This document shows positions 35,345 to 42,901 of a DNA stretch of 42,901 nucleotides, piece after piece. Made by a program: the position numbers and the translations under genes. The stretch covers positions 139,132,457 through 139,175,357 of the forward strand of contig NC_068984.1 of the NCBI RefSeq assembly GCF_001194135.2. Reading direction: 5' to 3'. Origin of the DNA: Octopus bimaculoides (lineage: Eukaryota). The notes under the pieces were generated by a model. It was not told the origin of the DNA. It did not search any database and saw only the letters and a program-made list of their open reading frames with translations. Every line of letters starts with the position of its first letter. Position 1 is the first letter of the stretch.

Positions 35345-35918
35345 TCTTTACAACGTTTGTTTTTGAAAGTAGTGGTTTTCTGATTGCAGCACTCCAGTAA
35401 AATCCGGCTTTGTGCAGTTCCCGGCGAACATTTTTTGTGGAAAGTGGGTTCTCGAAGTGGTCATTAAGCTCTGCAGTAATTTTGGGAGCTGTACTATTGT
35501 GATCCTTTCTAACAATTCGCGTAAGATTCCGACGGTCCCTGTCTGAAAGTTTTGGCTTTCTTCTGGAGTTTTGTTTCGACGAGGAGGTTTTTCCCTCTTT
35601 CTCTAAGGCTGTCCTTACTTTCGAAACAGTACTTCTTGACACACCAAATATTTCAGCTGTTTTCGTTATGCTAGCGCCTGCCATACGAGCATCAACAATT
35701 TGACCTGTTTGAAAGTCTGATAAATCTCATTTTAATGAATTTTAATTACCTTTTTCTGATGATATCTAAAAAGAAACAGCAATTTTAGCAAAACAGATTA
35801 AGCAACACTAATAATAAATTTTAAAAAAACATAAAAATATACAAGCTTTTCACGGTTTCGTAGATATTTAAAAAATTATGATGCTAGGTATTTCCATTTT
35901 CTTTATCCAACCACTGTA
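35345..35918 (-). mobile_element. Tc1-like transposon 5' fragment (paired-like HTH region only)
   Basis: End TA|CAGTGGTTGGATAAAGAAAATGGAAATACC. DLSDFQTGQIVDARMAGASITKTAEIFGVSRSTVSKV..RKPKLSDRDRRNLTRIVRKD..TAELN..VRRELHKAGF..AIRKPLLS. Truncated before the DDE domain. Confidence 0.9.
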
Positions 35919-36156
35919 TATGAATGACTGAATATATCCTTATATATGAATATGCGTGTGTGTGTGTGAATGCGTGTTTTTTTAATATATTTGATTATTT
36001 TTCCCGGGAAAAGCTTTCTTGCTGTTAACGTTTGTCACGTGTACTCATTTATATGCTTGAAAATTCGAAATGCGTGGGTGCGTATGGTATTTAAATGTGC
36101 TGCACAACTATTAATTAGTCTCTTGGTGTATGTCTTAAATCACCAAATATGTATAA

Positions 36157-36192
<36 letters not shown>

Positions 36193-36689
36193 ATGTATGT
36201 GTGTATATATATGTTTGTGCCTCTGTGTGTGTCTATGTATGTATATGTGTGTATATAATATAAATGTGAAAGAAATTTACCTCAAAGGGAGCATTGTATA
36301 AATTTCATTGATTAAAGTGTTATACACCCAATGTCGACACATTAACCTTTAATCCTCATACTATGGGAAAGTGTAGTTTGTTCCTGTTTGGCCAGAAGGA
36401 GCAACAACGTGCATATTTTCCGACCTATTTGACATCGTCGTATAATACATTCTTACTGATCTTACTTCTACATGTACGAAATTAATCATTTATATTTTTG
36501 CATAATTTGTATAATTAAAACTAAAAAAATTCACGGGAAACAAATGAAATGAACCAATGTTACATATAAAGGTAATTATGTTAAAACTTATCTACTGGGA
36601 ACTGTGCAAAATAAATTCTCTCTTTATTCAAATTTGAGTTGTTTTTCCAATATTTTGATTTATATTTATGCAAAATATTCTTGACGCAA

Positions 36690-37230
36690 AATATAATTTA
36701 TGTTAATTTCCCAGGGGTTACAGTATGGTGCGGCTTATCCCCAAAGGTACTAATAAGTGTATCCTTTTTTCGACGGTACTGTGACTGCTCCCATATTGCG
36801 GCTGATCCCATTTATGTCAACTTGCTTCGACAATCTATCGTACAGTACACGTGAACTACTTCGACAATCTATCGTGCAAAGCATTCAAGAGGACGCTGAG
36901 TAGCAAGATGGCGTTCTCCCACATGGCATGGTAATGTAAATAATCTACTTTAAGGATACGAGTTTACCAAAAGTATGGGTCGGGTACAGTGATCAGAAGA
37001 ATATCCTCTGCATTCATCGGTCTGCACGCCACTAGGCTGCTTATTGGGGTAGAAGAGTTTACTAAGAAATACAGTGAAGTCCTTCGTGATCCCAAGATGC
37101 AGCCAAAAATGTAGATTATAGATTGTTAGATTTCTTTAGAAGGCATCATACTTGTGACAAGTCCAGCCCAAAAATGTCTCCAAAGTACTAACTCCCAAGG
37201 CGACTCGATGCTGTCGCAAAAAATATATGA
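36690..37230 (+). mobile_element. rosa/DD41D-like transposase catalytic-domain remnant (3' half)
   Basis: VNFPGVTVWCGLSPK..FFDGTVT..YVNLLRQSIVQSIQED..QDGVLPH..LPKVWVG, degenerate forms of VWCG / QQDGAPPH / RWIG. Confidence 0.7.
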
Positions 37231-37259
37231 AATGCCACCCAGAAAAATGACCTTCTTGG

Positions 37260-37495
37260 AATAAATATAGAGATTGCTTCTGTTGTTGAAAACGTACACA
37301 AAGGTCAGCACAAAGGATATTGGTGGAACATACTCATCAAAACATTTATTAAGTCTAAGCATGACAGGCCGGATATTGTTGCTTAGAACAGGCAAGAAAA
37401 AGTATGTACCGCCATACGGGCCAGTTGTCGCACTGATAGGAATATCTGTTTGAAAGTCAAAGAGAAACAGGATTACTGTGGACAACTGCTTTGAA
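37260..37495 (+). mobile_element. Second R4/Dong-like REL endonuclease fragment
   Basis: VVENVHK..WWNILIKTFIKSKHDRPDIVA*NRQEKVCT..SCRTDRNICLKVKEKQD. Confidence 0.7.
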
Positions 37496-37539
37496 ACCTT
37501 CGGTTTCTACATCCAGTTATAAATTCACGTTTGTGTATA

Positions 37540-37757
37540 TGTTTGTGTGTCAAGTTCCCACCCAACTCTCCCCCAACAACGCTTGACAACTGATGCTGGT
37601 GTGTTTATGTCCCCGTAACTTAGCGGTTCGGCAAAAGAGACCGATAGAATAAGTACTAGCCTTACAAAGAATAAGTCCTAGGGTCGATTTGCACGACTAA
37701 AGGCGGTGCTCCAGCATGGCCGCAGTCAAATGACTGAAACAAGTAAAAGAGTAAAGA
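37540..37757 (+). mobile_element. CORE-type SINE 3' half (young)
   Basis: CGCTTGACAACTGATGCTGG..GACCGATAGAATAAGTACTAG..CCAGCATGGCCGCAGTCAAATGACTGAAACAAGTAAAAGAGTAAAGAG. Confidence 0.9.
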
Positions 37758-37761
37758 GTTC

Positions 37762-37908
37762 GTACCAGTCACGAGATCAAACATCCCTGAAGGTTTCATC
37801 CGAAACCATCTAAGCTGTTCTTGAGATATTTTGTTCACGAACGAACAAACAAACAAACAAACAAACGCGACTGAAAACAATACCTCCGCTCTCGCTAAGG
37901 CGGAGGTA
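37762..37908 (+). mobile_element. 3' end of a Helentron-type non-autonomous element (HINE/DINE-1-like)
   Basis: TTTCATCCGAAACCATC..GAGATATTTTGTTCAC, (AAAC)n microsatellite, GAAAACAATACCTCC, and terminal hairpin TACCTCCGC-N10-GCGGAGGTA (37881-37908). Confidence 0.65.
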
Positions 37909-38159
37909 TATATATAATGAAGTGGGATTTGGGAGTAAATGCCTGAAGTGTCAATCTGCATAAGATTCATCTTTCAGAAAAAGGAAACCATCAACTAATA
38001 AACACATCACAATTACAATCTGTGAGTGGAACAGTAACAATATGCAAGACTTTTCTCAAGTTTAAAATGTGACATTGTTTTTGTTATCTACATTCCGACG
38101 ATTGAGATTTGTACCTTTGTTAGAAACCATTCCTTTCCTCAGAGACAGAATTTAAATAA

Positions 38160-39120
38160 TTAAAAGCAGAATAGAAAATACATATATACAAACATAAACG
38201 CATGCAAACACGCATGAATACATACATAGATACATACATATGTGTGTGTGCATGTGTGTGTGTGTTTGTGTGTATATATACATCCATGCATGTATGTATG
38301 TATGTATGTATGTATGTATGTATGTATGTATCCTCGTCTTAAGTCACCCATAATGTATCCGCACACGCAGGTCCCCATGCCATTTACTGCACTCAAATTT
38401 TAGTCCCATGAATTTCAGTTCTCTGGTATTCACATCTTGGATATACTTTCCAGCAACAGTCAGTTGTTAACTGTTCAAGAAAAGCCTTAATGCCACTGCT
38501 AAGAACATACGATCAGGCATTTCCTCCAGACACCCATAAAATATTTTGCTTCATATTTATATTTCCAAAGATTTTCTAACGAGAGGTATTACTAATATCT
38601 ATCAATTTTGCATAAAAAATATTATCCCTCGAGAGACGAATACCCAAATCAAATGCATACTTTCATTCGTTTCTTTCTAACTAGAATTTCTAATAATTTC
38701 CCTAAACACTAGCTCCATCTTCCCTTTGAATCGGTATCTTCTTTTCAGGTTTCCTTTCCCTTAAATCAATTATGTCGACTGGAAGCGATAAATCTTTTCT
38801 AATTAGCGAAATATTTATACGAATCTGAATAGGAACAATAATATTCTAGCAAATGTGAATATTCTTTATTTATATGATTTGTGACTGACAAGCAAATTGG
38901 TGTCGTTAAGTATCTTGGCAAGAAATTTCTGGAGGATTTAGTTCGGTAATTGGTGCTATAAAGTTCAGGTTAATATATACGTACATACGAGCACGCACAC
39001 GCATTCACACACATACACATACACACACAAGCACTCACTCATGTATATATATATACATATATACACACAAACAAACACACGCAGAGTCTATATGTAAAGA
39101 TAAGCGAATGTATGTGTGCA

Positions 39121-39199
<79 letters not shown>

Positions 39200-39470
39200 A
39201 TGTATATATACAAACACCTATATATACTTACATCTATATATACATTTATATGTATGACACACACACACACAGGTATGCAGTTATATATATATTTAAGTAT
39301 GTATATGTATAATATATGTGTGTGTATTCACATATGTATGTATATATGTATGAATTTATATATATGTATGCACGTATATACATACATACATACATGACAG
39401 CCTGAACACAATAGCATCAAATAAATACATATGTGTGTATGTATGCATCGATGCATGAATACATGCATAC
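38160..39470. repeat. Microsatellite-rich tracts: (TATG)n at 38290-38330 and long (AT)n/(AC)n at 38985-39470
   Basis: Direct inspection; the ORF calls here are low-complexity artefacts. Confidence 0.9.
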
Positions 39471-39534
39471 TTATGTTGGCTTGAACTTTATAGCATAAAT
39501 TATATCATAGCCAATATGCAATAGTTCCATTTGT

Positions 39535-39748
39535 AAGGCGGTGATCTGGCAGAAACATTAGCACGCCGGGCGAAATGCTTCTCGGTATTTCGTCTGCTTT
39601 TACGTTTTGGGTTCAAATTCCACTGAGGTCGACTTTGCCTTTTATCCTTTCGGAGTCAATAAATTAAGTACCAGTTGCGTACTGGAGTCGATCTAATCGA
39701 CTGGCTCTCTTCCCCAAAATTTCGGGCCTTGTGCTTAGAGTAGGAAAG
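39535..39748 (+). mobile_element. Well-preserved Meta/MESC-like tRNA SINE
   Basis: GGCGGTGATCTGGCAGAAACATTAGC (A box)..GGGTTCAAATTCC (B box), GAGGTCGACTTTGCCTTTTATCCTTTCGGAGTCAATAAATTAAGTACCAG, tail GGGCCTTGTGCTTAGAGTAG. Confidence 0.88.
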
Positions 39749-39767
39749 GTTTCAGCATTTACAAATA

Positions 39768-39985
39768 CGGCGAGCTGCAGAAACGTTAGCACGCCGGTCG
39801 AAATACTTCACGGTGTTTATTCTGTCTTTACGTTCTGAATTTAAATTCCACTCAAGCTTAATTTTGCCTTTCATCCTTCCGGGGTCGATATATTAAGTAG
39901 AAGTTGCGTACTGAGGTCGATCTAATTCACTGGTCCCCTTCCCAAACATTTCGTGCCTTGTGCCTAGAGTAGAAAACAATATTAC
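39768..39985 (+). mobile_element. Second tandem Meta/MESC-like SINE
   Basis: GGCGAGCTGCAGAAACGTTAGCACGCCGG..TTTGCCTTTCATCCTTCCGGGGTCGATATATTAAG..GCCTTGTGCCTAGAGTAG. Confidence 0.88.
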
Positions 39986-40121
39986 AATTTGTGGTTAAAG
40001 ACTGAAGTAGACATTCCTTTCGACACCGTCGATAGAAAATACGTAAAAACTTTGTTTCAAGAACTTAACAACACGCGTTGTTCACTCATCCATAAGTGAA
40101 CATATTTAACATATTTAACAT

Positions 40122-40460
40122 ATAGGCGTAGGAGTGGCTGCGTGGTAAGTAGCTTTCTTACGAACCACATGGTTCCGGGTTCAGTCCCACTGCGTGGCAC
40201 CTTGGGCAAGTGTCTTCTACTATAACCTTGGGTCGACCAAAGCCTTGTGAGTGGATATGGAATACGGAAACTAAAAGAAGCCCGTCGTATATATATGTAT
40301 ATATTTATGTATGTATGTGTCTCTGTTTGAACCCTAACATCGCTTGACAACTGATGCTGGTGTGTTTACGTCCCTGTATCTTAGCAGTTTAGCAAAAAGC
40401 GACCGATAGAATAAGTACTAGGCTTACAAAGAACAGGTCCCGGGGTCGAGTAAAAGAGGA
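40122..40460 (+). mobile_element. CORE-type SINE with an internal deletion in the tail
   Basis: Consensus head and core. GGGGTCGA is joined directly to GTAAAAGAG, so about 55 bp of the tail are missing. Confidence 0.9.
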
Positions 40461-40639
40461 ACAACTTAAATCGGAAACCGTTGATTCAGATTTGTCGCAG
40501 TCGTATGGTAATTGTAAAGTATTTGGATGTCTTTTAGTTCTGGGTTTCAAATACTCCCCGGTTCGTCACATTTATTTAAATCATTGAAGGAAAAGGATAA
40601 CGAGTATTTTTTTCTAATATGTAATGAGAAATTATCAAC

Positions 40640-41235
40640 AACGAGGCATTAGGTTTTACCTGCCAGGGTAAATATTCTGGGAACTGGTACTTTTGTATCC
40701 AGTGTCCTGGACGGAACTCTGAGGTACTATGTCCCTGGTTGCTGTCGCTTACATCTTGTGAAACTTCAAATAAACTTAAGATATGGGCCAAAGAGCAAGA
40801 CCTGTCCTACCAGCAATGCGGATTAACTCTTTGCATCATGAACCACATATTGACCGGATGTCCTAAGGCAATGGAAGAAGGCTGATGATACAAGTGGGGA
40901 TATGAGAAGGTTCTTGCAAAAATTGCCAAGTGGACTGATCTGCAAAGGGTGGAAGATTATAAACACCAGCCACAACCAATAAGGGTATCAAATTCTTGAC
41001 AGAAGGTGGCAAAACTTCCAAGGCGTAAATAATGGTAGGAACCCATTTTGTATTTTGCGTTCGGCCTTAGACTGGGAAAGGCAAGTGGACCTGATGGGGT
41101 AGACTTGTCTTCTTAGAAAAGATAGTGTTAGCGTCACTCCGATCAGACATGTTCCTACTCTCCTGGAATACACAAGCAATCATCGTAGACGAAATCAGTG
41201 CTCTGGGAGGAAAGATAAAGAAATCGAAATATCAG
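40640..41235 (+). mobile_element. Decayed HERO-like (R2 superfamily) LINE C-terminal fragment
   Basis: Frame from 40718 reads TSNKLKIWAKEQDLSYQQCGLTLCIMNHILTGCPKAMEEG**YKWGYEKVLAKIA, then ILRSALDWERQVDL and RLVFLEKIVLASLRSDMFLLS..IIVDEIS. These are degenerate forms of NLxxWG..CxxC..HILSGC..GRYxWRHDxVL and LRPDMVLxS..ELTVPWE. Confidence 0.75.
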
Positions 41236-41849
41236 GACTTAGTTGACGCGGCTCTTGCCAAGATGTCATTTCCCATTGGTTAGCTAGCAGTTCGACAAAG
41301 GGAGCCAGCATAATAACTACCAGACTTCGTTCCTAAAAAAAGATCTCAAGTACTGGGAGCGATTTGCTCAGCTAAAGCTAATCAAGGCGGTGCCCCAACC
41401 TGGTCACCGTCTAATGACTAAAACAATTAAAAGTTTAAATATAGAAGATATTAAGAGAATCATTGTAATATATTTATCATTAAAATAATTAGGAATTACC
41501 GGTGTAATTTGCATCCACTTCCTATCAAGAATTAATATTTACAGCGTATAGAAAGCAGACTAGAGTTAATTGAAAACGACAAACATTACAATTATCGACA
41601 ATAATGTTAGTACTTACAACTTACTAAATGTCTCCCTGTGAAATCATATATTGCTAGAAACATCGTCATATTTTGTTTCCGTTGACCATCAGAACGTAAT
41701 TCACATTTCCAATATATCTAATTTGAAATTCATGTATTCTTAAAACTTACATACGACCAAAACAAATATGCCACGGGGGCCTTTATTATTTTTAGAAATT
41801 GTAAATTTCAAGAAGCATAATTCTGTTTTCAAATGATAGGTACAGAGAG

Positions 41850-42260
41850 GTATGTATGTATGTATGTATGTATGTATGTATGTATGTATGCATGCATGTA
41901 TGTATGTATGTATTTATGTATATTCATTCTGTGAGTTTTATTAAACATTTTTTGAAGGAAGTTNNNNNNNNNNATGTATGTATGTATGTATGTATGTATG
42001 TGTGTGTGTATGTATGTATGTATGTGTGTATGTATGTATGTATGTATGTATGTATGTATGTATGTATGCATGCATGTATGTATGTATGTATTTATGTATA
42101 TTCATTCTGTGAGTTTTATTAAACATTTTTTGAAGGAAGTTCATGTGTATGTATGTTTTTATGTATGTAGGTAGGCGGGAAGATAGGTACGTACTTTGTG
42201 CAAGTGTGTGTGTGTATGTGGGTGTTTGTGTGTATGTGTGTGTGTGTGTGTGTGTCGAAA
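41850..42260. repeat. (TATG)n/(TG)n microsatellites with a duplicated 74-bp block around a 10-N gap
   Basis: 41890-41963 is identical to 42068-42141; gap N 41964-41973. Confidence 0.9.
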
Positions 42261-42901
42261 ACAGTGAGTTGTCGAAAAACATATCAATGGAAACAGCCTT
42301 TCAAATTCAGTTAGTTTTCTCATACTTGATGAAGTCATTATCTATTTATGTATATTACCAGACGGGCCGCCAAGTGCTATCCATGCGGGTATATATGTAT
42401 GAACTCTTCAACACACGCATATACACACACATATGTATATATACAAGGTACAAATACAAAACAAACAACGTTACACAATCTGTTTTTGGATGTATGTGCG
42501 TATGTGAAATATATCACCGGTTATTTTTATGCTAATCTTAACTGCTTCCATCTATCTTCTGCTTTCTTTCTACTATAACATATGCATATAGATTTTAATT
42601 CGTGTTTTACTATATTATCTATTTGTAATAGAAGAGAGTGTTTGATCAGCTCTTGTGTTTCTATCGTAGTTTGTAGTTCGCCTTGAGGAACTCCCTGTAA
42701 CTTTCGAAACTTATTTCTGGTGAAAGAAAGCGTACAACACATTTGTATTTAACCACGGCACGATTATACCTATAAACTATTTCTACTTCTATTATACAAT
42801 ATATTCCGATGAACGGGAACGTGAAACTCAGAGTAACGGTTTTTTTGTTATATTTCTGATTCTTTTAAATAAAGTATATATATATATATATATATATATA
42901 T

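Noticed and set aside
38340-38760. Purine-rich minus-strand stretch possibly from an L1/Tx1-type LINE
   Set aside because: No diagnostic motif could be reconstructed by eye.
41850-42141. Exact 74-bp direct duplication (41890-41963 and 42068-42141) around a 10-N gap
   Set aside because: Typical scaffolding artefact: overlapping contig ends next to a microsatellite were not merged.

Overview
AT-rich eukaryotic (animal) genomic DNA from a draft assembly with six N-gaps. It is very rich in microsatellites and tRNA-derived SINEs of the kind I recognise from octopod cephalopods, so the organism is probably Octopus sp. (inference). Most of the window is decayed mobile DNA: CORE-type and Meta/MESC-like SINEs, R4/Dong, HERO and RTE LINE fragments, mariner/Tc1/rosa-like transposon pieces, and a Helentron-type (HINE) end. 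Only one convincing host gene is present: a 106-aa secreted prepropeptide (23031-23351, +). It has a textbook splice acceptor 4 nt upstream of the ATG, a signal peptide, a KR cleavage site, a C-terminal GK amidation signal and a downstream AATAAA. The predicted 35-aa amidated peptide ADVAYNSDYLLLLDKMKNLVDKQESDAWNNKLKDL-NH2 looks like a class-B GPCR ligand. Its length and C-terminus resemble ELH/CRF/DH44, while its N-terminus is strikingly PHI/GIP/glucagon-like but lacks His1. The gene is surrounded by several large fold-back (inverted-repeat) structures, including a ~470-bp palindrome about 500 bp upstream of the ATG and two copies of an unrecognised palindromic MITE-like family. Protein family assignments are from motif recall, not database searches. 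Element boundaries are approximate unless TIRs or TSDs are quoted.
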